64,000 nt of DNA from Actinomycetota bacterium (GCA_041166405.1 JBEEFV010000013.1:21927-85926); one strand, 5' to 3'. Numbered from the stretch's first letter, positions 43,501 to 52,962 are shown. Notes: generated by a model from the letters alone, not told the origin. Program-made: numbers and translations.

Positions 43501-44449
43501 CGCGCGCGAACGCTTCGTTGCGGAAGCGGTTGATCCGCTTGGACGACGGCGCGGCGGGGTTGTAGTTCTCCGACGCGTGGAACGCGCCGGGCGTCACGAG
43601 TAGTTCGGTCGGCACACCCGCCTGCAACAACTTCTGGGCGTATTCGATGTCTTCATCGCGGAAGGCGTCGAGTTCGCCGACGTCGATCGACGTGGGCGGC
43701 AGACCCCGCAATTGTTCGGCAGTGGCGCGCGCCGGCGCGGCGTAGATGTCGATATCGTCGGCGCCCGCGCGTCCTGCGAGATACGACGACCACCCGTACT
43801 GGTTCTTGTCGCGACTCCAGAACTGTGGCCACGTGACTTCGATGTTCGAGGGCGTCGCGTCGCGGTCGTCGATCATCGGGAAGAACAGGATCTGCGCGCT
43901 CGGCGTGATCTCACCGAGGTCGCGCGCCAACAAACAGGTACCCGCGGCCAGCCCTCCACCGGCGCTACCGCCGGCGACGACGATCCGCGCCGGATCGACG
44001 CCGAGCTCGGCGGCGTTGCGGTGCAGCCATCGCAGGCCGGCGTAGCAATCCTCGAGCGGGGCGGGATACGGATGCTCGGGCGCGAGGCGGTACTCGACGG
44101 AGAGCACGACGGCACCGAAGCGCGACGCCCACACCTTGTTCATGTAGGCGTCGCCGTCGTAGTGGCCGAGCACCATGCCGCCACCGTGGATCCAGTAGAT
44201 GACGGCGTCGGTCGTGCGTGCGTCGGGCTCGTAGATGCGGACGAGGACATTGGCGTCGCCCTCGGCGTAGCCGGGAACCTCGATGTCGCGGAACGAAACG
44301 TTCGGCACTTCGGGCATCTCGATCGCTTGCTGCATCTCGGTGTACGCCTTGCGCACGACGTCGATGCCGAGCGAGAAGTCGAGCACGCGCGGCGGCAGGC
44401 CGTCGAGCACCTTGCGCACCTCGGGATCAACCCGGTCGATGAACTCCAC
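43484..44449 (-). CDS. Alpha/beta hydrolase fold-3 carboxylesterase (HSL family)
   Basis: The oxyanion motif is HGGG (YWIHGGGMVLG). The nucleophile motif is GGSAGGGLA. The C-terminal region reads DAFRDE...FH. Confidence 0.85.
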   Translation of the reverse strand: MEFIDRVDPEVRKVLDGLPPRVLDFSLGIDVVRKAYTEMQQAIEMPEVPNVSFRDIEVPGYAEGDANVLVRIYEPDARTTDAVIYWIHGGGMVLGHYDGDAYMNKVWASRFGAVVLSVEYRLAPEHPYPAPLEDCYAGLRWLHRNAAELGVDPARIVVAGGSAGGGLAAGTCLLARDLGEITPSAQILFFPMIDDRDATPSNIEVTWPQFWSRDKNQYGWSSYLAGRAGADDIDIYAAPARATAEQLRGLPPTSIDVGELDAFRDEDIEYAQKLLQAGVPTELLVTPGAFHASENYNPAAPSSKRINRFRNEAFARATAAR

Positions 44450-44462
44450 GTCTGTTCCCCCT

Positions 44463-45272
44463 CTACCGAAGTCGAATGACGTTACCGGTGACGAGGCGCG
44501 CCGCGTCGGTGCACAACCACGCGATCACTTCGGCGACCTCGGCCGGCGCGGCGACGTGGATGTGGTCGCTCGACTGTGCGACGAAGGCGCGGACGTCGTC
44601 GGTGACCCATCCGGTGTCGGTGACGGGCGGATACACGACGTTGGCGGTGACACCGAAGTCGGCGAGTTCGATCGACGCCGTCATCGTGTAGTTGTCGAGC
44701 GCCGCCTTCGCCGCGCCGTAGCTCGCTTCACTGGGAAAGCCCATCGGGCCACCCGACGTCAGGCTGACGATGCGCCCCCACGACGCGTCGCGCGCCGCGA
44801 GGCTCTGCGCGTACGCGGAGATGAGCAGCCCGCCGCCGCGCGCGTTGATGAGGAACTGCGCGTCGTGTGTCGCGGCGTCGACCATCGGCGACGGACGCCC
44901 GACCGGATTGGACGCGCCGACGCGGAACGTGTCGTGACCGACGCCGCTGGCGTTGTTGACGAGGATGTCGATGGGCCCGAGCGAATCGTGGGCGGCGGCG
45001 AACAGCTCGTGCGGGGCGTCTACTTGGCGAAAGTCGGCCTCGAAGGCGAAGGCGCGGCATCCGAGATCCGCAATGGCGTCGACTACCGCTGAGCCGTCCT
45101 TGCGGCGCTCGTCAGCGAAGGCGGCGGGATACTCGTCGGCCAGTTCGTCCGTCTGGAAGTAACTGATGGCGACGTCGGCGCCGAGCCGCGCCAGCGCGAT
45201 GGCTGCGGCGGCGCCGATCCCCTGGTTCGCGCCGGTGACGAGCGCGACGCGTCTGCTCAGTTCACCGGCCAT
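44463..45272 (-). CDS. SDR-family oxidoreductase
   Basis: The sequence shows VALVTGANQGIGAAAA, NNASG and YGAAKAAL. Confidence 0.85.
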   Translation of the reverse strand: MAGELSRRVALVTGANQGIGAAAAIALARLGADVAISYFQTDELADEYPAAFADERRKDGSAVVDAIADLGCRAFAFEADFRQVDAPHELFAAAHDSLGPIDILVNNASGVGHDTFRVGASNPVGRPSPMVDAATHDAQFLINARGGGLLISAYAQSLAARDASWGRIVSLTSGGPMGFPSEASYGAAKAALDNYTMTASIELADFGVTANVVYPPVTDTGWVTDDVRAFVAQSSDHIHVAAPAEVAEVIAWLCTDAARLVTGNVIRLR

Positions 45273-45284
45273 AGGCCGAGGAAC

Positions 45285-46088
45285 TTATAAGCCGCGACGC
45301 CGCGCGCCGAATGCAATCAGGCGATGCAGGACCGAGCCGGGCAGGCGCGCCAGGAAATCGATGACGTTGGCGTCGGGACCGACGAGCGCGCGCCGGCGGT
45401 CCGCCTTGACCGCGGCGAGGATCTCGCGCGCCGCGCGATCGGGCTTCGTCATGGCGATGCGCTCGAAGTTCTCGGCCATCGCGTGCTCGCCGCGCATGTT
45501 CTTGGCGATGTTCGTCTTGATGCCGCCGGGGTGCACCGTCGTCGCCGACACACCGCAGCGTTCGACGTCGAGTTCGATGCGCAGCGCGTCGGTGAACCCG
45601 CGCACCGCGAACTTGGCGGCGTTGTACGCCGACTGCGACGGAATCGACGCCAGACCGAACACGCTCGAGACGTTGACGACGTGGCCGTCACCCGTCGACT
45701 TGAGATGCGGCAGGAACGCCTGCGTGCCGTGGACGACGCCCCAGAAGTTGACGTTCATCAGCCACTCGAAGTCGACGATGTTCATCGCCTCGACCGTCGC
45801 CGAAAGGGCGACGCCCGCGTTGTTGAAGATGAGGTTGACCTTGCCGTGTTCCGCCACGACCTGTTCGGCCCACGCGAACACGGCGTCACGGTCGGCGACG
45901 TCGACGCGTTGCTGCGTCACCTTGACACCGTGGCCTTCGCACAGCGCGACGGTCTCGGCGAGGCTCGCTTCGTCGATATCGCTCAGCGCCAGCGCGCAAC
46001 CGGCGCCGGCGAGGTTGACGGCGAGGGCGCGACCGATGCCACTGCCTGCGCCGGTGATCGCTGCCACTTTGCCGGCGAAGGAGTTCAC
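45285..46088 (-). CDS. SDR-family oxidoreductase
   Basis: The GTG at 46088 overlaps the monooxygenase stop (GTGA). The sequence shows KVAAITGAGSGIGRALA, NNAGV and YNAAKFAVRGF. Confidence 0.85.
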   Translation of the reverse strand: MNSFAGKVAAITGAGSGIGRALAVNLAGAGCALALSDIDEASLAETVALCEGHGVKVTQQRVDVADRDAVFAWAEQVVAEHGKVNLIFNNAGVALSATVEAMNIVDFEWLMNVNFWGVVHGTQAFLPHLKSTGDGHVVNVSSVFGLASIPSQSAYNAAKFAVRGFTDALRIELDVERCGVSATTVHPGGIKTNIAKNMRGEHAMAENFERIAMTKPDRAAREILAAVKADRRRALVGPDANVIDFLARLPGSVLHRLIAFGARRRGL

Positions 46089-47530
46089 GCGAAGACCATC
46101 TCGGCGTCGGTGATCGGCTTGAGCTTCATGGCGCGATAGTCGGCGATGTAGCTCTGCTTGACCTGCCACGGGAACGACGCGCCCTGGCGCGGCAAGCGAT
46201 CGACGGCGCGGTTGATGTAGCCGGAGTTCAGCCCGAAGACGCTGGCGTCGCTCTCCTCGGCGTTTGACGCGTCGGGCGTCGCTTGGCGGAGGCCTTCGTG
46301 GTGCATGTGGTTGAGCATGCGCGTCACGTAGTCGCACGTGAGGTCGCACTTCAGCGTCCACGACGCGTTGGTGTATCCGATGGCGAAGGCCAAGTTCGGC
46401 ACGCCGTCGAGCATCATGCCCTTGTAGGTGAGCTTGTCGTGCGGGACCACTGCTTCACCGTCGACGGAGAGTTCGATGCCGCCGAGGAACAGCAGGTCGA
46501 GTCCGGTCGCGGTCACGATGATGTCGGCGTCGAGGTGCTTACCGGAGTCGAGCGCGATGCCGGTCTCGTCGAACGTCTTGATCGTGTCGGTGACAACCGA
46601 CGCCTTGCCGACGGAGATCGCCTTGAACAGGTCGCCGTTGGGCACGAGGCACAGCCGCTGATCCCACGGGTTGTACCGCGGCGTGAAGTGGGCGTCGACG
46701 TCGTAACCGGCGGGAAGCTGGCGAGCGACTTGACGCTTGAGGACCGACTTCACGAACTCGGGGCGGCGCTTGCTCAAGAAGTACGACGCCTGTGTCGTCA
46801 GCGCCTTGAACCAACGGATGATCGGTCCGCTGACGCGCGTCGGCAAGTAGCGCCGCAGCGCATTGGCCAATGGATCCGACTCGGGCATCGAGACGATGTA
46901 CGTCGGCGAGCGCTGCAGCATCGTGACCTGCGCCGCCTTGTCGGCGAGCGACGGGATCAACGTGACCGCGGTCGCACCGCTACCGATCACGACAATTTTC
47001 TTGCCGGCGTAGTCGAGGTCTTCGGGCCAGTGCTGCGGGTGGATGACGGTGCCGCCGAACGCGTCGCGCCCTGCGAACTCCGGGGTGTAGCCCTCGTCGT
47101 AGCGGTAGTAACCCGTGCAGCTGAAGATGAAGCCGGCGGTGAGCTGGAACGTCTCACCGGTGTCGGAGCGACGGGCCGTGACGCGCCAGTGGCCGTCGTC
47201 GGACGACCAGTCGGTCGACACGATCTTGTGGTTGAAGCGGATGTGCTTGTCGACGCCCGTCTCGCGCGCTGTGTCTTCGATGTAGCGCAAGATCGACGGA
47301 CCATCGGCGATCGACTTCTCGCCGTCCCACGGACGGAACGAGTAGCCGAGCGTGAACATGTCGGAGTCAGAGCGAATGCCGGGATAGCGGAAGAGGTCCC
47401 ACGTCCCGCCGATGGCGTCGCGCGCTTCGAACAACGCGTAAGTCGCCCACGGACACTTGTCCTGCAAGTAGGCGCCGGCGCCGATGCCCGAAAGCCCGGC
47501 GCCGACCACCAATACATCGAGATGCTCCAT
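46085..47530 (-). CDS. EthA-like flavin-dependent (Baeyer-Villiger type) monooxygenase
   Basis: The sequence shows VLVVGAGLSGIGAG, GGTWDLFRYPGIRSD and the fingerprint FGGTVIHPQHW. The second Rossmann motif is VVIGSGATAVT. Confidence 0.9.
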   Translation of the reverse strand: MEHLDVLVVGAGLSGIGAGAYLQDKCPWATYALFEARDAIGGTWDLFRYPGIRSDSDMFTLGYSFRPWDGEKSIADGPSILRYIEDTARETGVDKHIRFNHKIVSTDWSSDDGHWRVTARRSDTGETFQLTAGFIFSCTGYYRYDEGYTPEFAGRDAFGGTVIHPQHWPEDLDYAGKKIVVIGSGATAVTLIPSLADKAAQVTMLQRSPTYIVSMPESDPLANALRRYLPTRVSGPIIRWFKALTTQASYFLSKRRPEFVKSVLKRQVARQLPAGYDVDAHFTPRYNPWDQRLCLVPNGDLFKAISVGKASVVTDTIKTFDETGIALDSGKHLDADIIVTATGLDLLFLGGIELSVDGEAVVPHDKLTYKGMMLDGVPNLAFAIGYTNASWTLKCDLTCDYVTRMLNHMHHEGLRQATPDASNAEESDASVFGLNSGYINRAVDRLPRQGASFPWQVKQSYIADYRAMKLKPITDAEMVFA

Positions 47531-47534
47531 CGGA

Positions 47535-48386
47535 CTACGCGGCCGCGCCGGCGAGCTTGTCGTTCAAGGTGCCGTTCGCACCGAACAACTCCTCGCGCCA
47601 TTCGGCGACCAGGCCCGTGTGCTCCGACTGGTTCGGGTGGAAGTCGGGACGGTTGTAGTCCTTCAGCTGGTTCCACAGCTTCTTCGACAGCAGCGGAGAC
47701 TTGCGGACGCGGCGCAGGCTCTTCAGGACCTTCCGCGGCTGACGGCGTGCGTCCTTGTCGAGCAGCAGCGACACGATCACCTGTCCGGCGATCGCGATCG
47801 GAAAGCCGAAGCGCAGCGCGTTCATCGTGAACACGCGCATGCGTTCCTTGCCGCCCGTCACCTTGTAGACGTCGAAGGCGACCGCCTTGTGCTCCGACTC
47901 TTCGAGCGCGTGCCAGAGGAAGAGGTTCTTCACGGTCTCGTCACCGAACATGTCACGCGCTTCGGGGTCGCTGAGGATCAACTCGGCGAGCGTCGCCGTG
48001 AAGTGCTCGAGCGCCGCGGTCGTCGCCAGGTTGATGCTCGCCGGCGCGAACTTCGTGCGCAGCTCGAGGCCCTTACGCGTCATCTTCTCGACGACGCGCG
48101 TGGGGTAGCCCATCGACTGGAAGTGCGCGTTGAGCACCCGGTGCTCCCGACCGTGGATCGACTCCTGCCCGATGAAGCCGCCGACTTGGCGCTTGAGTTC
48201 GGGATCGGTGAGTTGGTCGCGGTAGTGACGCACCGAGCGCACGAAGAAGTCCTCGCCGTCCGGGAACACCGACGACAGCGCAACGGCAATGTGGCTCGAC
48301 ACGACGTCGCCGTCCTTGCCGAAGTGCTTGGGCACGGTCTGGATGGCGTCTTCGAAATTGATTCTGCGTACGGGGATATCCGTCAT
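47535..48386 (-). CDS. Predicted metal-dependent hydrolase (PF10118-like)
   Basis: His/Glu-rich motifs are GQESIHGREH and WHALEESEHKAVAFDVY. This family is often adjacent to EthA-like monooxygenases. The assignment is from memory of the family. Confidence 0.6.
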   Translation of the reverse strand: MTDIPVRRINFEDAIQTVPKHFGKDGDVVSSHIAVALSSVFPDGEDFFVRSVRHYRDQLTDPELKRQVGGFIGQESIHGREHRVLNAHFQSMGYPTRVVEKMTRKGLELRTKFAPASINLATTAALEHFTATLAELILSDPEARDMFGDETVKNLFLWHALEESEHKAVAFDVYKVTGGKERMRVFTMNALRFGFPIAIAGQVIVSLLLDKDARRQPRKVLKSLRRVRKSPLLSKKLWNQLKDYNRPDFHPNQSEHTGLVAEWREELFGANGTLNDKLAGAAA

Positions 48387-48405
48387 GCTTGCAATAGTAG
48401 ATCAG

Positions 48406-48430
48406 TTGAGTGATTGAATCAATCCCTCAA
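48406..48430. promoter_or_regulatory. Candidate TetR operator: 25-bp imperfect palindrome in the divergent promoter region
   Basis: The sequence is TTGAGTGATTGA-A-TCAATCCCTCAA, with 11/12 arm complementarity. It lies in the AT-rich gap between the start at 48386 (-) and the TetR start at 48450 (+). Confidence 0.5.
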
Positions 48431-48449
48431 TTCTGGTAATCTTGACGGC

Positions 48450-49058
48450 GTGACGAAGGGAGCAAAGACCCGCGAGGCAATCCTCCGCGCCGCCATCGTC
48501 CGTTTCGCGCGTGACGGGTTCCGCGCCACGTCGGTCGCCGACATCGCTCGCGACGCCGGCGTGTCGGGCACGCTGGCCTACGCCTACTTCCCCAACAAAG
48601 AGGCGCTGTTTCTTGCGGCCGTCGATGAAGACGCCGCCGGTCTCATCCAGCTCGCCGTCGACCACCTCAACTCCCTGCACGACGTGAACGACTTCGACTG
48701 GCGGTCGTCGCTGCTGCTCACGCTCGTCGACGCCGTCGACGACCACCCGCTCGCCAAGCGGCTGCTCGGGGGCCTCGAGCCCGATGTCACCGACCGCGTT
48801 CTTGCCATCCCCACGCTCCAAGAGTTACGCAAGGTCGTCGGCGAACGCCTGCGCAGCGAACAGCTCAGCGACATGGTGCGCGCCGACATCGATCCCTACG
48901 AAGTCGGCAGCGGACTCGTGTCGATCTTCCTCGCACTGCTGATGTCGGTCACCCAGATCGGCCGCGACGCGATCGCGACGTATGCGCCGGGCATCGTGTC
49001 GGTCACCGACGCCGCGCTGCGCCCGCCGACCAAGCCTGCGCCCCGCAAGCGCCGCTAG
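48450..49058 (+). CDS. TetR-family transcriptional regulator
   Basis: The GTG at 48450 is preferred so that the palindrome is not inside the CDS; the track start is 48414. The HTH is TREAILRAAIVRFARDGFRATSVADIARDAGVSGTLAYAYFPNKEALF. Confidence 0.85.
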   Translation: MTKGAKTREAILRAAIVRFARDGFRATSVADIARDAGVSGTLAYAYFPNKEALFLAAVDEDAAGLIQLAVDHLNSLHDVNDFDWRSSLLLTLVDAVDDHPLAKRLLGGLEPDVTDRVLAIPTLQELRKVVGERLRSEQLSDMVRADIDPYEVGSGLVSIFLALLMSVTQIGRDAIATYAPGIVSVTDAALRPPTKPAPRKRR

Positions 49059-49070
49059 CGGGCAATACCT

Positions 49071-49123
49071 CCGAACTGGGCGCGTCAGATCACGTTTTCC
49101 GGGACCTGACGCGCCCAGTTCGT
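49071..49123. terminator. Hairpin element, copy B (perfect 16-bp stem 49073-49088/49106-49121, 17-nt loop) between convergent genes
   Basis: The sequence is CCGAACTGGGCGCGTCAG-atcacgttttccgggac-CTGACGCGCCCAGTTCG. It begins 13 nt after the TetR stop and abuts the esterase stop codon (49123-49125). Confidence 0.6.
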
Positions 49124-50142
49124 CAGTGCTCGAAGAACTCCCAGGCGGCGGCGGTGACGTCGGGGCCCGCGGGGTCGGTGAAGGTCGCGGCGTAGTCGCC
49201 GTTGGGGTAGTCGTGGTTGAGGCCGTGCACGACCCACCACTCGACGGCGACCCGGCCACCGGCGTCGTTCCAGCGCTTCACGGTGTACGGGTAGCTCTGC
49301 CACCCGGTCACACCGGCGGCGCACGGGAAGTTGTCGTGCGGACCGACGCACGGGTTCCCGCCGCCGGGATTGAGTGACCCGACGGCGGCGTGCTGCGTCG
49401 TCGACGTCGGCGTCGGAGGCAACCCGCGCATGCCGACGTGCTGGCGAAGCAACGTCTCGCCCAATGCGACGTTGTTGAGCATGTCGGCGTCGCCCTGCAC
49501 GATCATCGCGGGGCCGGGTGCTCGGCCTGCGAGCTCTTTGGTGGCGAGCGCGCCGTTGACGTCGCCGCACGCGGCGTACGCGCAACCAGCGAACAGTGCG
49601 CTGGCGCGGAACACGTCGGGATACGTGATGTCGAGGATGTTGGCCATGTCGGCGCCCGCCGACGCGCCCGACACATAAATGCGAGACGGGTCGACGCCGT
49701 TGGCGGCGGCGACCTGCTGTGTCAGTGCGGCGAGCAGCGCGGGCTCGCCGGCGCCGCGGTGCATGTTCTGGTCGAGGAACCAGTTCCAGCACGACGCGCC
49801 GTTGCCGTCGACGCGTTCGGGATGGTCCATGTCGTATGGCGCCTCGAGGGGGTAGAGCACGACGGCGCCGACCTTGGCGGCGAGCTCGTTCCAACGGGTC
49901 CCGAACGCGAGCTGCGGATCGGTGGCGTTGTTCTGCGTGCAGCCGTGCAGGTACACGACCAGCGGACGCCCGCTCGGCGGAGGCGTCCCCGCGGGGACGT
50001 ACAGCCAGTAGTCGCGCGCTCCCCCGCCGACGAACTGCCACGACTCGGCGGTGGCGACGGCGCGCGTCGCGGGCATGCCCGCGCCGAACACGCACACCAG
50101 CAGCGCAACGAAGATCCCCAGACGACGCACTTCGTCGTTCAT
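49123..50142 (-). CDS. Secreted PHB-depolymerase-family esterase (LpqC-like)
   Basis: The product has a signal peptide. The sequence shows PLVVYLHGCTQN...CWNWF...RIYVSGASAGADMA. A C-terminal extension of about 100 aa follows. Confidence 0.75.
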   Translation of the reverse strand: MNDEVRRLGIFVALLVCVFGAGMPATRAVATAESWQFVGGGARDYWLYVPAGTPPPSGRPLVVYLHGCTQNNATDPQLAFGTRWNELAAKVGAVVLYPLEAPYDMDHPERVDGNGASCWNWFLDQNMHRGAGEPALLAALTQQVAAANGVDPSRIYVSGASAGADMANILDITYPDVFRASALFAGCAYAACGDVNGALATKELAGRAPGPAMIVQGDADMLNNVALGETLLRQHVGMRGLPPTPTSTTQHAAVGSLNPGGGNPCVGPHDNFPCAAGVTGWQSYPYTVKRWNDAGGRVAVEWWVVHGLNHDYPNGDYAATFTDPAGPDVTAAAWEFFEH

Positions 50143-50897
50143 TCTGCCTTAGTTGCGACCACCAGGACCTTGTCCCACCGCGCGCGGAACTCCCCGGCTG
50201 CCGTGCGCGCACGTTGTTCGGCGATCCACGCCTCCCCGACCGCGGCGTCGATGCGGCCGTCGTCAACGGCTCGTCGGAGGATCCCGCGGGCGTCGAACGG
50301 GAGCCGCTCGAGGGCGTACCCCCGCGACGACTCCGTGACCACGTCGTCGATCCGGAAACCCCGCGCCTGGAGGAGCGACGGCATCGTCGTGCCGAGTCCG
50401 ACGTGACGGGCGCGCAGGAACCGGGCGGGAAAGCATCCGTCGGGCGCGATGTCGCTGTCGACGCGCAGCGTCGTGTTGTCCGGTTCCAATACGGCGAGAA
50501 AGCCGCGCGGCCGCACTACACGCGCGATCTCGTCGAGGACTGCGCACGGGTCCGATACGTGTTGCAGCGTGCGCTCGATGCGGCACCCGTCGATGATGTT
50601 GTCGGCGAATGGCAGCTGCGCCGCGTCGCCAAGCACGAGCGGGGCCGCGCCCGCGGCGCGGGTGAGAAACGCCCGACTGCTGTCGAGGCCGATCGGACGC
50701 AACCCGGCGTCTGCGAGGCGGCGGACGTCGTGCCCGAGACCGCAGCCGACGTCGAGGACGGTGCCATCCGGAACCGCCCGGGCCGCCGCGGCGACGATGT
50801 ACGCCTTCAACGCCGACAGGCTCCCGTCCGTGGCGTCGAGGTAATCAGCGAGCGCCACCGCAGAACCGCTGGCGTCCACGTTCGAGAAGTGCGACAT
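50139..50897 (-). CDS. Class I SAM-dependent methyltransferase
   Basis: The ATG at 50897 has GGAGGA upstream. Motif I is VLDVGCGLGHD, and the sequence also shows FADNIIDGC. The stop overlaps the esterase start (ATGA). Confidence 0.85.
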   Translation of the reverse strand: MSHFSNVDASGSAVALADYLDATDGSLSALKAYIVAAAARAVPDGTVLDVGCGLGHDVRRLADAGLRPIGLDSSRAFLTRAAGAAPLVLGDAAQLPFADNIIDGCRIERTLQHVSDPCAVLDEIARVVRPRGFLAVLEPDNTTLRVDSDIAPDGCFPARFLRARHVGLGTTMPSLLQARGFRIDDVVTESSRGYALERLPFDARGILRRAVDDGRIDAAVGEAWIAEQRARTAAGEFRARWDKVLVVATKAE

Positions 50898-51004
50898 GGC
50901 TCCTCCGAAGAGAGGCCCAGGCGGTCGGCCAATCCTTAGACGCTTCCCGGCGGTGAGACCCACCCTCTGCCCGCCAGTCGCAAGTGGCAATAGTCTCCCA
51001 CGCC

Positions 51005-51691
51005 ATGGCACGGGTTTCTTATGAATGCGAAGGCGGCATCGCCACGATCACGATGGACGACGGCAAGGTCAACGCGCTGTCGCCCGACATGCAGGCCGAG
51101 ATCAACGGCGCGCTCGACAAGGCGGAGGCCGACCAAGCCATCGTCATCCTGACGGGCAACCAGAAGGCGTTGTCGGCGGGCTTCGACCTGTCGATCATCA
51201 CGACGCCGGGGCCCGAGTCGGTCGCCATGTTGCGCGGCGGGTTCCTGCTCAGCGAGCGGCTGCTGTCGTTCCCGACGCCCGTGATCATCGCGGCGTCGGG
51301 CCACGCCATCGCCATGGGCTTCTTCCTGCTGCTGTCGGGCGACTATCGCATCGGCGTCGACAAGCCCGTGAAGCTCGTCGCCAACGAAGTCGCGATCGGC
51401 ATGACGCTGCCGTGGGCAGCGATCGAGATCACGCGCCACCGCCTGACGAAGAACGCCTACCAGCGCATGCTCGACCTCGCTGAGCCGATCGCTGTGAGCG
51501 ACGCCGTCGCCGCGGGCGTCCTCGACGCCGTCGTCGCCGAGGATCAACTGATGACGACGGCGCGCGACGTGGCGACGCGCTTCGCGTCGACGCTGAACAT
51601 GGAAGCGCACCGCGGCACGAAGGCGCGCGTGCGCGCCGAGATGCTCAAGGCAATTCGCGAAGCGAACGACGCGGAGTTCCCGCCGAGCTAA
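51005..51691 (+). CDS. Crotonase/enoyl-CoA hydratase superfamily protein
   Basis: The sequence shows IATITMDDGKVNALS, ILTGNQKALSAGFDL and AASGHAIAMGFFLLLSGDYRIG. Confidence 0.8.
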   Translation: MARVSYECEGGIATITMDDGKVNALSPDMQAEINGALDKAEADQAIVILTGNQKALSAGFDLSIITTPGPESVAMLRGGFLLSERLLSFPTPVIIAASGHAIAMGFFLLLSGDYRIGVDKPVKLVANEVAIGMTLPWAAIEITRHRLTKNAYQRMLDLAEPIAVSDAVAAGVLDAVVAEDQLMTTARDVATRFASTLNMEAHRGTKARVRAEMLKAIREANDAEFPPS

Positions 51692-52293
51692 GCGGCGAGC
51701 GTCTTCTGGAGACGCGCCGCGCTGCGCAGGTCGGCGACGAGGCCGTCCATCGCCGCGTGCCGCGCGTCGCCGTCGCGCTCGCGCAACACCGACGACGGGT
51801 GGATCGTCGTGACGACGGGTCGCCCCTCGTACTCGAGCACCTGCCCGTGCGACTTGCCGACGCGGAACGACGAGCCGAACATCGACTGGCCGGCGACGGC
51901 GCCCAACGCCACGATCACGCCGGGCTTCACCAACTCGAGCTCGCGCGCGAGCCATTGGTGACAGGCGACGATCTCGGTCCCGTTCGGACGCTGGTGGATG
52001 CGGCGCTTCCCGCGCGGCTCCCACTTGAAGTGCTTCACGGCGTTCGTGAGGTACACGCCGTCGCGACGAATCGACGCGGCTTCGAGCGCGGCATCGAGAA
52101 TTCGTCCGGCCGGACCGACAAACGGCTGGCCTTCCTTGTCCTCGTGGTCGCCGGGTTGTTCCCCGATCAGAAATAGCGGCGCGTGCGCCGCGCCTTCGCC
52201 GAACACGACCTGGGTGGCGTTGGCGTACAGGTCGCAGGCCGTACAGCCGGCGGCTTGCGCCGCAACCCCGCGGAGTGCCTTCGGCAGCGCCAT
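51688..52293 (-). CDS. udgX: UdgX-like family-4 uracil-DNA glycosylase-related protein (KRRIH motif)
   Basis: The ATG is at 52293. The sequence reads GCTACDLY...FLIGEQPGDHEDKEGQPFVGPAGRILD...YLTNAVKHFKWEPRGKRRIHQRPN...TIHPSSVLR. GEQPGD plus KRRIH (nt 51994-52008) are the features that distinguish UdgX from ordinary family-4 UDGs. Confidence 0.85.
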   Translation of the reverse strand: MALPKALRGVAAQAAGCTACDLYANATQVVFGEGAAHAPLFLIGEQPGDHEDKEGQPFVGPAGRILDAALEAASIRRDGVYLTNAVKHFKWEPRGKRRIHQRPNGTEIVACHQWLARELELVKPGVIVALGAVAGQSMFGSSFRVGKSHGQVLEYEGRPVVTTIHPSSVLRERDGDARHAAMDGLVADLRSAARLQKTLAA

Positions 52294-52380
52294 GAAGTTG
52301 TGATGCCCTCGCTCGGAACCGACTACACGCGGCGGCGACGGGTACGCCAAAGGACGCACGACTTCAGGGAGGTCATCACC

Positions 52381-52956
52381 ATGGCAACACCCGCCACACT
52401 TTCGGCGACGCAGCTGCTGCGGCAGCGGCACAAGGAAATCGAAGATCTGTTCACCCGCACGTTGGCGGCTGCGGGCGACGAACGACGCGAGTTGTTCGAT
52501 TGTCTGCGAGCAACGCTCGCGGTGCACGAAACAACAGAAGAGCTGTTCCTGCACCCGCTTGCCCGCGCGTACGGCGACGACGCGACGCGCATCGTCGAGT
52601 CGCGCCTCGCAGAGGAGAACCAGGCGAAGCACACGCTCGCAGAGCTCGAGGAACTCGGCCCCGACGGCGACCAGTTCGCCACGAAGCTCACGACGTTCCA
52701 GCGCGCCGTGCTCGAACACGCCGAAAAGGAAGAGCAGGAGCTGTTCCCGATCGTCGATTCGAACTGCGGGCAGGACGACCTGGCGCACCTCGCGGACGCG
52801 ATCCTCGCCGGTGAGCAACTCGCACCGACGCATCCGCATCCCCACGCCGGCGAGAACCCGGTGGTGTTGATGCTCGTCGGCCCGTTCGCCTCAATGCTCG
52901 ACAAGACGCGGGACCACTTCAGCGATTGGACGCGGTCCCGCACCAAGAGCAACTAG
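52381..52956 (+). CDS. Hemerythrin (HHE cation-binding) domain protein
   Basis: The ATG at 52381 follows AGGGAGG. The H/E pattern is [10 protein letters not shown]...[14 protein letters not shown]...[13 protein letters not shown]. Confidence 0.75.
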   Translation: MATPATLSATQLLRQRHKEIEDLFTRTLAAAGDERRELFDCLRATLAVHETTEELFLHPLARAYGDDATRIVESRLAEENQAKHTLAELEELGPDGDQFATKLTTFQRAVLEHAEKEEQELFPIVDSNCGQDDLAHLADAILAGEQLAPTHPHPHAGENPVVLMLVGPFASMLDKTRDHFSDWTRSRTKSN

Positions 52957-52962
52957 CTGTTC

